Assembly (NCBI GenBank): GCA_964016885.1
Contig: OZ024741.1
Span: forward strand, 255,006,001 to 255,070,000
Direction of reading: 5' to 3'
Length of the DNA: 64,000 bases
DNA from: Eledone cirrhosa
Taxonomy: Eukaryota
Shown: in pieces, positions 15,389-29,700 of the stretch
Numbering within the stretch: position 1 is the first letter of the stretch
Layout of the letters: each line of letters begins with the position of its first letter
Notes under the pieces: generated by a model
What the model was told of the DNA's origin: nothing
The model's input: the letters and a program-made list of their open reading frames with translations, nothing else
The model's database searches: none
Program-made: the position numbers and the translations under genes

Positions 15389-15457
15389 AAATAACAAATA
15401 GACGCGGTTTCAAATCTCTATGATTTTCAAATTCATTACATTAATCTTTATTTATAC
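15389..15457. other. 69-bp AT-rich non-satellite cassette, copy 1
   Basis: aaataacaaatagacgcggtttcaaatctctatgattttcaaattcattacattaatctttatttatac (16/69 GC), sitting between cttatga and gtttcgctttacgag. Confidence 0.95.
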
Positions 15458-18400
15458 GTTTCGCTTTACGAGTGTTTCGACTTAGGAGTGTTTCGACATA
15501 CGAGTGTTTCGACTTCCGAATGTTTTTGCTTACGGGTGTTTCGACTTACGAATGTTTCGGCTTACGAGTGTTTCGGCTTACGAGTGTTCCGACTTAGGAG
15601 TGTTTCGGCTTACGAGTGTTTCCGGCTTACGAGTGTTTCGACTTACGAGTGTTTCGACTTTCGAGTGTTTTGACTTACGGTGTTTCGGCTTACGAGTGAC
15701 TCGACTTACGAGTGTTTTGACTTACGGGTGTTTTGACTTACGGGTGTTGTGAATTACCAGTGTTCCGATTTACGAGTGTTTTGACTTACGGTGTTTCGGC
15801 TTATGAGTGTTTCGACTTACGAGTCTTTCGGCTTACGAGTGTTTCGACTTACTAATGTTTTTACTTACGAGTGTTTCGGCGTACGAATGTTTCGACTTAC
15901 GGGTGTTTTGACTTACGGGTGTTTCGGCTTACGAGTGTTTCGACTTACGAGTGTTTTGACTTAAGGGTGTTTCGACTTACGAGTATTTTTGGCTTACGAG
16001 TGTTTCGACTTACGAGTGTTTTGACTTACGAGTGTTCTGATTTACGGATGTTTCGACATACGAGTGTTTCGACTTACGAGTGTTTCGACTTATGAGTGTT
16101 TCGGCTTACGAGTGATTCGACTTACGAATGTTTTGACTTACGGGTGTTTCGGCTTGCTAGTGTTTCGACTTACGAGTGTTTCGGCTTATGAGTGTTTCGA
16201 CTTACTACTGTTTTTACTTACGAGTGTTTCGGCGTACGAGTGTTTTGACTTACGAGTGTTTCGAATTACGAGTGTTTTGACTTACGAATGTTTTGACATA
16301 CGGGTGTTTCGGCTTACGAGTGTTTCGACTTACGAGTGTTTCGGCTTGCGAGTGTTTCGACTTACTAATGTTTTTACTTACGAGTTTTTCGGCGTACGAG
16401 TGTTTCGACTTACGAGTGTTTCGACTTACGGGTGTTTTGACTTAAGGGTGTTTCGACTTACAAGTGTTTCGACATACGAGTGTTTCGACTTACGAGTGTT
16501 TCGACTTACGAGTGTTTTGACTTACGGGTGTTTTGACATACGAGTGTTTCGATACGAGTGTTTCGGCTTATGAGTGTTTCGACTTACGAGTGTTCTGACT
16601 TACGAATGTTTTGACTTACGGGTGTTTCGACTTACGAGTGTTCCGACTTACGGGTGTTTCGACTTACGAGTGGTTTGGCTTACGGTGTTTCGGCTTACGA
16701 GTGTTTCGAGTTACGAGTGTTTTGACTTACGCGTGTTTTGACATACGAGTGTTTCGATACGAGTGTTCTGACTTACGAGTGTTCTGACTTACGAGTGTTC
16801 TGACTTACGAGTGTTCCGACTTTACGAGTGTTTCGGCTCACGAGTGTTTCGGCTTACGAGTGATTCGACTTACGAGTGTTTTGAATTACGGGTGTTTTGA
16901 CTTACGGGTGATGTGAATTACCAGTGTTCCGATTTACGAGTGTTTTGACTTACGGTGTTTCGGCTTGCGAGTGTTTCGACTTACGAATGTTTTGACTTAC
17001 GGGTGTTTCGGCTTGCTAGTGTTTCGACTTACGAGTGTTTCGGCTTATGAGTGTTTCGACTTACTACTGTTTTTACTTACGAGTGTTTCGGCGTACGAGT
17101 GTTTTGACTTACGAGTGTTTCGAATTACGAGTGTTTTGACTTACGAATGTTTTGACATACGGGTGTTTCGGCTTACGAGTGTTTCGACTTACGAGTGTTT
17201 CAGCTTGCGAGTGTTTCGACTTACTAATGTTTTTACTTACGAGTTTTTCGGCGTACGGGTGTTTCGACTTACGAGTGTTTCGACTTACGGGTGTTTTGAC
17301 TTAAGGGTGTTTCGACTTACAAGTGTTTCGACATACGAGTGTTTCGACTTACGAGTGTTTCGACTTACGAGTGTTTTGACTTACGGGTGTTTTGACATAC
17401 GAGTGTTTCGATACGAGTGTTTCGACTTACGAGTGTTCTGACTTACGAGTGTTCTGACTTACGAGTGTTCTGATTTACGAGTGTTCCGACTTACGAGTGT
17501 TTCGGCTAACGAGTGTTTCGGCTTACGAGTGTTTCGACTTACGGGTGTTTTGACATACGAGTGTTTCGATACGAGTGTTTCGACTTACGAGTGTTCTGAC
17601 TTACGAGTGTTCTGACTTACGAGTGTTCTGATTTACGAGTGTTCTGACTTACGAGTGTTTCGGCTTACGAGTGTTTCGACTTACGAGTGTTTCGACTTAC
17701 GAGTGTTTCGACTTACGAGTGTTCCGACTTACGGGTGTTTCGACTTACGAGTGGTTTGGCTTACGGTGTTTCGGCTTACGAGTGTTTCGAGTTACGAGTG
17801 TTTTGACTTACGCGTGTTTTGACATACGAGTGTTTCGATACGAGTGTTCTGACTTACGAGTGTTCTGACTTACGAGTTTTCTGACTTACGAGTGTTCCGA
17901 CTTTACGAGTGTTTCGGCTCACGAGTGTTTCGGCTTACGAGTGATTCGACTTACGAGTGTTTTGAATTACGGGTGTTTTGACTTACGGGTGATGTGAATT
18001 ACCAGTGTTCCGATTTACGAGTGTTTTGACTTACGGTGTTTCGGCTTGCGAGTGTTTCGACTTACGAGTGTTTCGGCTTATGAGTGTTTCGACTTACTAA
18101 TGTTTTTACTTACGAGTGTTTCGGCGTTCGAGTGTTTTGACTTACGAGTGTTTCGACTTACGAGTGTTTTGACTTACGAATGTTTTGACTTACGGGTGTT
18201 TCGGCTTACGGGTGTTTCGACTTACGAGTGTTTCGACTTATGAGTGTTTCGACTTACGAGTGTTCTGACTTACGAGTGTTCCGACTTACGAGTGTTTCGG
18301 TTTACGAGTGTTTCGACATACGAGTGTTTTGACTTACGGGTGTTTCGACTTACGGGTGTTTCGACTTACGAGTGTTTCAGCTTACGAGTGTTTCGGCGTA

Positions 18401-20799
18401 CGAGAGTTTTGACTTACGAGTGTTTCGACTTACGAGTGTTTCGACTTACGAGTATTTTGACTTACGAATGTTTTGACTTACGGGTGTTTCGGCTTACGAG
18501 TGTTTCGACTTACGAGTCTTTCGGCTTACGAGTGTTTCGACTTACTAATGTTTTTACTTACGAGTGTTTCGGCGTACGAGGGTTTCGACTTCCGAGTGTT
18601 TCGACTTACGGATGTTTTGACTTACGGGTGTTTCGGCTTACGAGTGTTTTGACTTACGAGTGTTTTGACTTAAGGGTGTTTCGACTTACGAGTATTTTTG
18701 GCTTACGAGTGTTTCGACTTACGAGTGTTTTGACTTACGAGTGTTCTGATTTACGGATGTTTCGACATACGAGTGTTTCGACTTACGAGTGTTTCGACTT
18801 ATGAGTGTTTCGACTTACGAGTGTTTCGACTTACGAGTGTTTTGACTTACGGGTGTTTTGACATACGAGTGTTTCGATACGAGTGTTCTGACTTACGAGT
18901 GTTCTGACTTACGAGTGTTTTGACTTACGAGTGTTCTGACTTACGAGTGTTCCGACTTACGAGTGTTCCGACTTACGAGTGTTTCGACTTACGAGTGTTT
19001 CCTGCTTACGAGTGTTTCGACTTACGAGTGTTTTGACTTACGGTGTTTCGGCTTACGAGTGATTCGACTTACGAGTGTTTTGACTTACGGGTGTTTTGAC
19101 TTACGGGTGTTGTGAATTACGAGTGTTCCGATTTACGAGTGTTTTGACTAACGGTGTTTCGGCTTACGAGTGATTCGACTTACGAATGTTTTTACTTACG
19201 GGTGTTTCGGCTTGCGAGTTTTTCGACTTACGAGTGTTTCGGCTTATGAGTGTTTCGACTTACTAATGTTTTTACTTACGAGTGTTCTGACTTACGAGTG
19301 TTCCGACTTACGAGTGTTTCGGCTTCCGAGTGTTTCCGGCTTACGAGTGTTTCAACTTACGAGTGTTTCGACTTACGAGTGTTTTGACTTACGGTGTTTC
19401 GACTTACGAGTGATTCGACTTACGAGTGTTTTGACTTACGGGTGTTTTGACTTACGGGTGTTGTGAATTACGAGTGTTCCGATTTACGAGTGTTTTGAGT
19501 TACGGTGTTTCGGCTTACGAGTGATTCGACTTACGAATGTTTTGACTTACGGGTGTTTCGGCTTGCTAGTGTTTCGACTTACGAGTGTTTCGACTTACTA
19601 CTGTTTTTACTTACGAGTGTTTCGGCGTACGAGTGTTTTGACTTACGAGTGTTTCGACTTAGGAGTGTTTCGAATTACGAGTGTTTCGGCTTACGTGAGT
19701 TTCGACTTAAGAGTGTTCTGATTTACGAGTGTTCTGACTTGCGGGTGTTCTGATTTACGAGTGTTCCGACTTACGAGTGTTTCGGCTTATGAGTGTTTCG
19801 ACTTACGAGTGTTTCGGCTTACGAGTGTTTCGACTTATGGGTGTTTCGACATACGAGTGTTTTGACTTACGGGTGTTTCGACTTACGAGTGTTTTGACTT
19901 ACGGGTGTTTCGGCTTACGAGTGTTTCGACTTACGAGTGTTTCGGCTTACGAGTGTTTCGACTTACTAATGTTCTTACTTACGAGTGTTTCGGCGTACGA
20001 GAGTTTTGACTTACGAGTGTTTCGACTTACGAGTGTTTCGACTTACGAGTGTTTTGACTTACGAAAGTTTTGACTTACGGGTGTTTCGGCTTACGAGTGT
20101 TTCGACTTACGAGTCTTTCGGCTTACGAGTGTTTCGGCGTACGAGTGTTTCGACTTACGAGTGTTTCGACTTACGAGTGTTTTGACTTACGGGTGTTTTG
20201 ACATACGAGTGTTTCGATACGAGTGTTTCGACTTACGAGTGTTCTGACTTACGAGTGTTCTGACTTACGAGTGTTCTGACTTACGAGTGTTCTGATTTAC
20301 GAGTGTTCCGACTTACGAGTGTTTCAGCTTACGAGTGTTTCGGCTTACGAGTGTTTCGACTTACGGGTGTTTTGACTTACGGATGTTTCGGCTTACGAGT
20401 GTTTCGGCTTATGATTGTTTCGACTTACGAGTGTTTTGACTTACGGTGTTTCAGCTTACGAGTGTTTCGACTTACGAGTGATTTGACTTACGGGTGGTTT
20501 GACATACGAGTGTTTCGATACGAGTGTTCTGACTTACGAGTGTTCTGACTTACGAGTGTTTTGACTTACGAGTGTTCTGACTTACGAGTGTTCCGACTTA
20601 CGAGTGTTCCGACTTACGAGTGTTTCGGCTTACGAGTGTTTCCGGCTTACGAGTGTTTCGACTTACGAGTGTTTTGACCTACGGTGTTTCGGCTTACGAG
20701 TGATTCGACTTACGAGTGTTTTGACTTACGGGTGTTTTGACTTACGGGTGTTGTGAATTACGAGTGTTCCGATTTACGAGTGTTTTGACTTACGGTGTT

Positions 20800-23700
20800 T
20801 CGGCTTACGAGTGATTCGACTTACGAATGTTTTGACTTACGGGTGTTTCGGCTTGCGAGTGTTTCGACTTACGAATGTTTCGGCTTATGAGTGTTTCGAC
20901 TTACTAATGTTTTTACTTACGAGTGTTCTGACTTACGAGTGTTCCGACTTACGAGTGTTCCGACCTACGAGTGTTTCGGCTTACGAGTGTTTCCGGCTTA
21001 CGAGTGTTTCGACTTACGAGTGTTTCGACTTACGAGTGTTTTGACTTACGGTGTTTCGACTTACGAGTGATTCGACTTACGGGTGTTTTGACTTTCGGGT
21101 GTTTCGGCTTACGAGTGTTTTGACTTAAGGGTGTTTCGACTTACGAGTATTTTTGGCTTACGAGTGTTTCGACTTACGAGTGTTTTGACTTACGAGTGTT
21201 CTGATTTAAGGATGTTTCGACATACGAGTGTTTCGACTTACGAGTGTTTCGACTTATGAGTGTCTCGACTTACGAGTGTTTCGACTTACGAGTGTTTCGG
21301 CTTATGATTGTTTCGACTTACGAGTGTTTTGACTTACGGTGTTTCAGCTTACGAGTGTTTCGACTTACGAGTGTTTTGACTTACGGGTGTTTTGACATAC
21401 GAGTGTTTCGATACGAGTGTTCTGACTTACGAGTGTTCTGACTTACGAGTGTTCCGACTTACGAGTGTTCCGACTTACGAGTGTTTCGGCTTACGAGTGT
21501 TTCCGGCTTACGAGTGTTTCGACTTACGAGTGTTTTGACTTACGGTGTTTCGGCTTACGAGTGATTCGACTTACGAGTGTTTTGACTTACGGGTGTTTTG
21601 ACTTACGGGTGTTGTGAATTACGAGTGTTCCGATTTACGAGTGTTTTGACTTACGGTGTTTCGGCTTACGAGTGATTCGACTTACGAATGTTTTGACTTA
21701 CGGGTGTTTCGGCTTGCGAGTGTTTCGACTTACGAGTGTTTCGGCTTATGAGTGTTTCGACTTACTAATGTTTTTACTTACGAGTGTTCTGACTTACGAG
21801 TGTTCCGACTTACGAGTGTTCCGACTTACGTGTGTTTCGGCTTACGAGTGTTTCCGGCTTACGAGTGTTTCGACTTACGAGTGTTTCGACTTACGAGTGT
21901 TTTGACTTACGGTGTTTCGACTTACGAGTGATTCGACTTACGAGTGGTTTGACTTACGGGTGTTTTGACTTACGGGTGTTGTGAATTACGAGTGTTCCGA
22001 TTTACGAGTGTTTTGACTTACGGTGTTTCGGCTTACGAGTGATTCGACATACGAGTGTTTCGATACGAGTGTTTCGACTTACGAGTGTTTCGGCTTGCGG
22101 GTGTTTCGACTTACTAATGTTTTTACTTACGAGTTTTTCGGCGTACGAGTGTTTCGACTTACGAGTGTTTCGACTTACGGGTGTTTTGACTTAAGGGTGT
22201 TTCGACTTACAAGTGTTTCGACATACGAGTGTTCTGACTTACGAGTGTTCTGACTTACGAGTGTTCTGATTTACGAGTGTTCCGACTTACGAGTGTTTCG
22301 GCTAACGAGTGTTTCGGCTTACGAGTGTTTCGACTTACGGGTGTTTTGACATACGAGTGTTTCGATACGAGTGTTTCGACTTACGAGTGTTCTGACTTAC
22401 GAGTGTTCTGACTTACGAGTGTTCTGATTTACGAGTGTTCCGACTTACGAGTGTTTCGGCTTACGAGTGTTTCGGCTTACGAGTGTTTCGACTTACGAGT
22501 GTTTCGACTTACGAGTGTTCCGACTTACGGGTGTTTCGACTTACGAGTGGTTTGGCTTACGGTGTTTCGGCTTACGAGTGTTTCGAGTTACGAGTGTTTT
22601 GACTTACGCGTGTTTTGACATACGAGTGTTTCGATACGAGTGTTCTGACTTACGAGTGTTCTGACTTACGAGTGTTCTGACTTACGAGTGTTCCGACTTT
22701 ACGAGTGTTTCGGCTCACGAGTGTTTCGGCTTACGAGTGATTCGACTTACGAGTGTTTTGACTTACGGGTGTTTTGACTTACGGGTGATGTGAATTACCA
22801 GTGTTCCGATTTACGAGTGTTTTGACTTACGGTGTTTCGGCTTGCGAGTGTTTCGACTTACGAGTGTTTCGGCTTATGAGTGTTTCGACATACTAATGTT
22901 TTTACTTACGAGTGTTTCGGCGTTCGAGTGTTTTGACTTACGAGTGTTTCGACTTACGAGTGTTTTGACTTACGAATGTTTTGACTTACGGGTGTTTCGG
23001 CTTACGGGTGTTTCGACTTACGAGTGTTTCGACTTATGAGTGTTTCGACTTACGAGTGTTCTGACTTACGAGTGTTCCGACTTACGAGTGTTTCGGTTTA
23101 CGAGTGTTTCGACATACGAGTGTTTTGACTTACGGGCGTTTCGACTTACGGGTGTTTCGACTTACGAGTGTTTCGGCTTACGAGTGTTTCGACTTACTAA
23201 TGTTTTTACTTACGAGTGTTTCGGTGTACGAATGTTTTGACTTAAGGATGTTTCGACTTACGAGTGTTTCGACTTACGAGTGTTTCGGCTTACGTGAGTT
23301 TCGACTTAAGAGTGTTCTGATTTACGAGTGTTCTGACTTGCGGGTGTTCTGATTTACGAGTGTTCCGACTTACGAATGTTTCGGCTTACGAGTGTTTCGA
23401 CATACGAGTGTTTTGACTTACGGGTGTTTCGACTTACGAGTGTTTTGACTTACGAATGTTTTGACTTACGGGTGATTCGGCTTACGAGTGTTTCGACTTA
23501 CGAGTGTTTCGGCTTACGAGTGTTTCGACTTACTAATGTTTTTACTTACGAGTGTTTCGGCGTACGAGAGTTATGACTTACGAGTGTTTCGACTTACGAG
23601 TGTTTTGACTTACGAATGTTTTGACTTACGGGTGTTTCGGCTTATGAGTGTTTCGACTTACGAGTCTTTCGGCTTACGAGTGTTTCGACTTACTAATGTT

Positions 23701-26700
23701 TTTACTTACGAGTGTTTCGGCGTACGAGTGTTTCGACTTACGAGTGTTTCGACTTACGGGTGTTTTGACTTACGGGTGTTTCGGCTTACGAGTGTTTCGA
23801 CTTACGAGTATTTTGACTTAAGGGTGTTTCGACTTACGAGTATTTTTGGCTTACGAGTGTTTCGACTTACGAGTGTTTTGACTTACGAGTGTTCTGATTT
23901 ACGGATGTTTCGACATACGAGTGTTTCGACTTACGAGTGTTTCGACTTATGAGTGTTTCGACTTACGAGTGTTTCGGCTTACGAGTGTTTCGACTTACGA
24001 GTGTTTTGACTTACGGTGTTTCGGCTTACGAGTGTTCCGACTTACGAGTGTTTTGACCTACGGGTGTTTTGACATACGAGTGTTTCGATACGAGTGTTCT
24101 GACTTACGAGTGTTCTGACTTACGAGTGTTTTGACTTACGAGTGTTCTGACTTACGAGTGTTCCGAATAACGAGTGTTCCGACTTACGAGTGTTTCGGCT
24201 TACGAGTGTTTCCGGCTTACGAGTGTTTCGACTTCCGAGTGTTTTGACTTACGGTGTTTCGGCTTACGAGTGATTCGACTTACGAGTGTTTTGAATTACG
24301 GGTGATTTGACTTACGGGTGTTGTGAATTACGAGTGTTCCGATTTACGAGTGTTTTGACTTACGGTCTTTCGGCTTACGAGTGATTCGACTTACGAATGT
24401 TTTGACTTACGGGTGTTTCGGCTTGCGAGTGTTTCGACTTACGAGTGTTTCGGCTTATGGGTGTTTCGACTTACTAATGTTTTTACTTACGAGTGTTTCG
24501 GCGTACGAGTGTTTTGATTTACGAGTGTTTCGACTTACGAGTGTTTCGACTTACGAGTGTTTCGACTTACGTGAGTTTCGACTTAAGAGTGTTCTGATTT
24601 ACGAGTGTTCTGACTTACGGGTGTTCTGATTTACGAGTGTTCCGACTTACGAGTGTTTCGGCTTATGAGTGTTTCGACTTACGAGTGTTTCGGCTTACGA
24701 GTGTTTCGACTTATGGGTGTTTCGACTTACGAGTGTTTTTACTTACGGTGTTTCGGCTTACGAGTGTTTCGACTTCCGAGTGTTTTGACTTACGGTGTTT
24801 CGGCTTACGAGTGATTCGACTTACGAGAGTTTTGACTTACGGGTGTTTTGACTTACGGGTGTTGTGAATTACGAGTGTTCCGATTTACGAGTGTTTTGAC
24901 TTACGGTGTTTCGGCTTACGAGTGATTCGACTTACGAATGTTTTGACTTACGGGTGTTTCGGCTTGCGAGTGTTTCGACTTACGAGTGTTTCGGCTTATA
25001 AGTGTTTCGACTTACTAATGTTTTTACTTACGAGTGTTTCGGCGTACGAGTGTTTTGACTTACGAGTGTTTCGATTTACGAGTGTTTCGGCTTGCGAGTG
25101 TTTCGACTTACTAATGTTTTTACTTACGAGTGTTTCGGCGTACGAGTGTTTTGACTTACGAGTGTTTCGACTTACGAGTGTTTCGACTTACGAGTGTTTC
25201 GACTTACGAGTGTTTCGGCTTACGTGAGTTTCGACTTAAGAGTGTTCTGATTTACGAGTGTTCTGACTTGCGGGTGTTCTGATTTACGAGTGTTCCGACT
25301 TACGAGTGTTTCGGCTTATGAGTGTTTCGACTTACGAGTGTTTCGGCTTACGAGTGTTTCGACTTATGGGTGTTTCGACTTACGAGTGTTTTTACTTACG
25401 GTGTTTCGGCTTACGAGTGTTTCGACATACGAGTGTTTTGACTTACGGGTGTTTCGACTTACGAGTGTTTTGACTTACGAATGTTTTGACTTACGGGTGT
25501 TTCGGCTTACGAGTGTTTCGACTTACGAGTGTTTCGGCTTACGAGTGTTTCGACTTACTAATGTTCTTACTTACGAGTGTTTCGGCGTACGAGAGTTTTG
25601 ACTTACGAGTGTTTCGACTTACGAGTGTTTCGACTTACGAGTGTTTTGACTTACGAATGTTTTGACTTACGGGTGTTTCGGCTTACGAGTGTTTCGACTT
25701 ACGAGTCTTTCGGCTTACGAGTGTTTCGACTTACTAATATTTTTACTTACGAGTGTTTCGGCGTACGAGTGTTTCGACTTACGAGTGTTTCGACTTACGG
25801 GTGTTTTGACTTACGGGTGTTTCGGCTTACGAGTGTTTTGACTTACGAGTGTTTTGACTTAAGGGTGTTTCAACATACGAGTATTTTTGGCTTACGAGTG
25901 TTTCGACTTACGAGTGTTTTGACTTACGAGTGTTCTGATTTACGGATGTTTCGACATACGAGTGTTTCGACTTACGAGTGTTTCGACTTATGAGTGTTTC
26001 GACTTACGAGTGTTTCGGCTTATGAGTGTTTCGACTTACGAGTATTTCGGCTTACGAGTGTTTCGACGTACGAATGTTTTGGCTTACGAGTGTTTCGGCT
26101 TATGAGTGTTTCGGCTTACGAGTGTTTCGACTTACGAGTGTTTCGGCTTACGAGTGTTTCAGTGTTTCGGCTTACGTGTGTTTCGACTTACGAGTGTTTC
26201 GACTTACGACTGTTTCGGCTTACGAGTGTTTCGGCTTACGAGTGTTTCGGCTTACGAGTGTTTTGACTTACGTGTGTTTTGACTTACGATTGTTTGGCTT
26301 ACGAGTCTTCTGACTTACGTGTGTTCTGACTTTCGAGTGTTCCGACTTACGAGTGTTTCGGCTTATGAGGGTTTCGACTTACAAGTGCTTCGGCTTACGA
26401 GTGTTTCGACTTACGAGCGTTTCGGCTTACGAGTGTTTCGACTTACGAGTGTTTCGACTTACGAGTGTTTTGACTTACGGTGTTTCGGCTTACGAGTGTT
26501 TCGACATACGAGTGTTTTGACGTACGGATGTTTCGACTTACGGGTCTTTCGACTTAAGAGTGTTTCGACTTACGAGCGCTTCGACTTACGAGTGTTTCGA
26601 CTTACGAGTGTTTCGGCGTATGAGTGTTTTGACTTACGAGTGTTTCGACTTACGAGTGTTTCGACTTACGAGTGTTTCGAATTACGAGTGTTTCGACTTA

Positions 26701-29700
26701 CGAGTGTTTTGACTTACGAGTGTTTTGACTTACGGTGTTTCTGCTTACGAGTGTTTCGACTTACGAGTGTTATGACTTACGGGTGTTTTGACATACGAGT
26801 GTTTCGACTTACGAGTGTTTTGACTTACGGGTGTTTTGACATACGAGTGTTTCGATACGAGTGTTCTGACTTACGAGTGTTCTGACTTACAAGTGTTCTG
26901 ACTTACGATTGTTTCGACATACGAGTGTTTCGACTTACTAATGTTTTTACTTACGAGTGTTTCGGCGTACGAGAGTTTTGACTTACGAGTGTTTCGACTT
27001 ACGAGTGTTTCGACTTACGAGTATTTTGACTTACGAATGTTTTGACTTACGGGTGTTTCGGCTTACGAGTGTTTCGACTTACGAGTGTTTCGGCTTACGA
27101 GTGTTTCGACTTACTAATGTTTTTACTTACGAGTGTTTCGGCGTACGAGTGTTTCGACTTCCGAGTGTTTCGACTTACGGGTGTTTTGACTTTCGGGTGT
27201 TTCGGCTTACGAGTGTTTTGACTTACGAGTGTTTTGACTTAAGGGTGTTTCGACTTACGAGTATTTTTGGCTTACGAGTGTTTCGACTTACGAGTGTTTT
27301 GACTTACGAGTGTTCTGATTTAAGGATGTTTCGACATACGAGTGTTTCGACATACGAGTGTTTCGACTTATGAGTGTTTCGACTTACGAGTGTTTCGACT
27401 TACGAGTGTTTCGGCTTATGATTGTTTCGACTTACGAGTGTTTTGACTTACGGTGTTTCAGCTTACGAGTGTTTCGACTTACGAGTGTTTTGACTTACGG
27501 GTGTTTTGACATACGAGTGTTTCGATACGAGTGTTCTGACTTACGAGTGTTCTGACTTACGAGTGTTCCGACTTACGAGTGTTCCGACTTACGAGTGTTT
27601 CGGCTTACGAGTGTTTCCGGCTTACGAGTGTTTCGACTTACGAGTGTTTTGACTTACGGTGTTTCGGCTTACGAGTGATTCGACTTACGAGTGTTTTGAC
27701 TTACGGGTGTTTTGACTTACGGGTGTTGTGAATTACGAGTGTTCCGATTTACGAGTGTTTTGACTTACGGTGTTTCGGCTTACGAGTGATTCGACTTACG
27801 AATGTTTTGACTTACGGGTGTTTCGGCTTGCGAGTGTTTCGACTTACGAGTGTTTCGGCTTATGAGTGTTTCGACTTACTAATGTTTTTACTTACGAGTG
27901 TTCTGACTTACGAGTGTTCCGACTTACGAGTGTTCCGACTTACGAGTGTTTCGGCTTACGAGTGTTTCCGGCTTACGAGTGTTTCGACTTACGAGTGTTT
28001 CGACTTACGAGTGTTTTGACTTACGGTGTTTCGACTTACGAGTGATTCGACTTACGAGTGGTTTGACTTACGGGTGTTTTGACTTACGGGTGTTGTGAAT
28101 TACGAGTGTTCCGATTTACGAGTGTTTTGACTTACGGTGTTTCGGCTTACGAGTGATTCGACTTACGAATGTTTTGACTTACGGGTGTTCCGACTTACGA
28201 GTGTTTCGGCTAACGAGTGTTTCGGCTTACGAGTGTTTCGACTTACGGGTGTTTTGACATACGAGTGTTTCGATACGAGTGTTTCGACTTACGAGTGTTC
28301 TGACTTACGAGTGTTCTGACTTACGAGTGTTCTGATTTACGAGTGTTCCGACTTACGAGTGTTTCGGCTTACGAGTGTTTCGGCTTACGAGTGTTTCGAC
28401 TTACGAGTGTTTCGACTTACGAGTGTTCCGACTTACGGGTGTTTCGACTTACGAGTGGTTTGGCTTACGGTGTTTCGGCTTACGAGTGTTTCGAGTTACG
28501 AGTGTTTTGACTTACGCGTGTTTTGACATACGAGTGTTTCGATACGAGTGTTCTGACTTACGAGTGTTCTGACTTACGAGTGTTCTGACTTACGAGTGTT
28601 CCGACTTTACGAGTGTTTCGGCTCACGAGTGTTTCGGCTTACGAGTGATTCGACTTACGAGTGTTTTGACTTACGGGTGTTTTGACTTACGGGTGATGTG
28701 AATTACCAGTGTTCCGATTTACGAGTGTTTTGACTTACGGTGTTTCGGCTTGCGAGTGTTTCGACTTACGAGTGTTTCGGCTTATGAGTGTTTCGACTTA
28801 CTAATGTTTTTACTTACGAGTGTTTCGGCGTTCGAGTGTTTTGACTTACGAGTGTTTCGACTTACGAGTGTTTTGACTTACGAATGTTTTGACTTACGGG
28901 TGTTTCGGCTTACGGGTGTTTCGACTTACGAGTGTTTCGACTTATGAGTGTTTCGACTTACGAGTGTTCTGACTTACGAGTGTTCCGACTTACGAGTGTT
29001 TCGGTTTACGAGTGTTTCGACATACGAGTGTTTTGACTTACGGGCGTTTCGACTTACGGGTGTTTCGACTTACGAGTGTTTCGGCTTACGAGTGTTTCGA
29101 CTTACTAATGTTTTTACTTACGAGTGTTTCGGTGTACGAATGTTTTGACTTAAGGATGTTTCGACTTACGAGTGTTTCGACTTACGAGTGTTTCGGCTTA
29201 CGTGAGTTTCGACTTAAGAGTGTTCTGATTTACGAGTGTTCTGACTTGCGGGTGTTCTGATTTACGAGTGTTCCGACTTATGAGTGTTTCGGCTTACGAG
29301 TGTTTCGACATACGAGTGTTTTGACTTACGGGTGTTTCGACTTACGAGTGTTTTGACTTACGAATGTTTTGACTTACGGGTGATTCGGCTTACGAGTGTT
29401 TCGACTTACGAGTGTTTCGGCTTACGAGTGTTTCGACTTACTAATGTTTTTACTTACGAGTGTTTCGGCGTACGAGAGTTATGACTTACGAGTGTTTCGA
29501 CTTACGAGTGTTTTGACTTACGAATGTTTTGACTTACGGGTGTTTCGGCTTATGAGTGTTTCGACTTACGAGTCTTTCGGCTTACGAGTGTTTCGACTTA
29601 CTAATGTTTTTACTTACGAGTGTTTCGGCGTACGAGTGTTTCGACTTACGAGTGTTTCGACTTACGGGTGTTTTGACTTACGGGTGTTTCGGCTTACGAG

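Noticed and set aside
15389-15457. Cassette as an independently inserting mobile element
   Set aside because: No terminal inverted repeats, poly(A) tail or target-site duplication, and near-identical flanks in all copies point to spread by array duplication.
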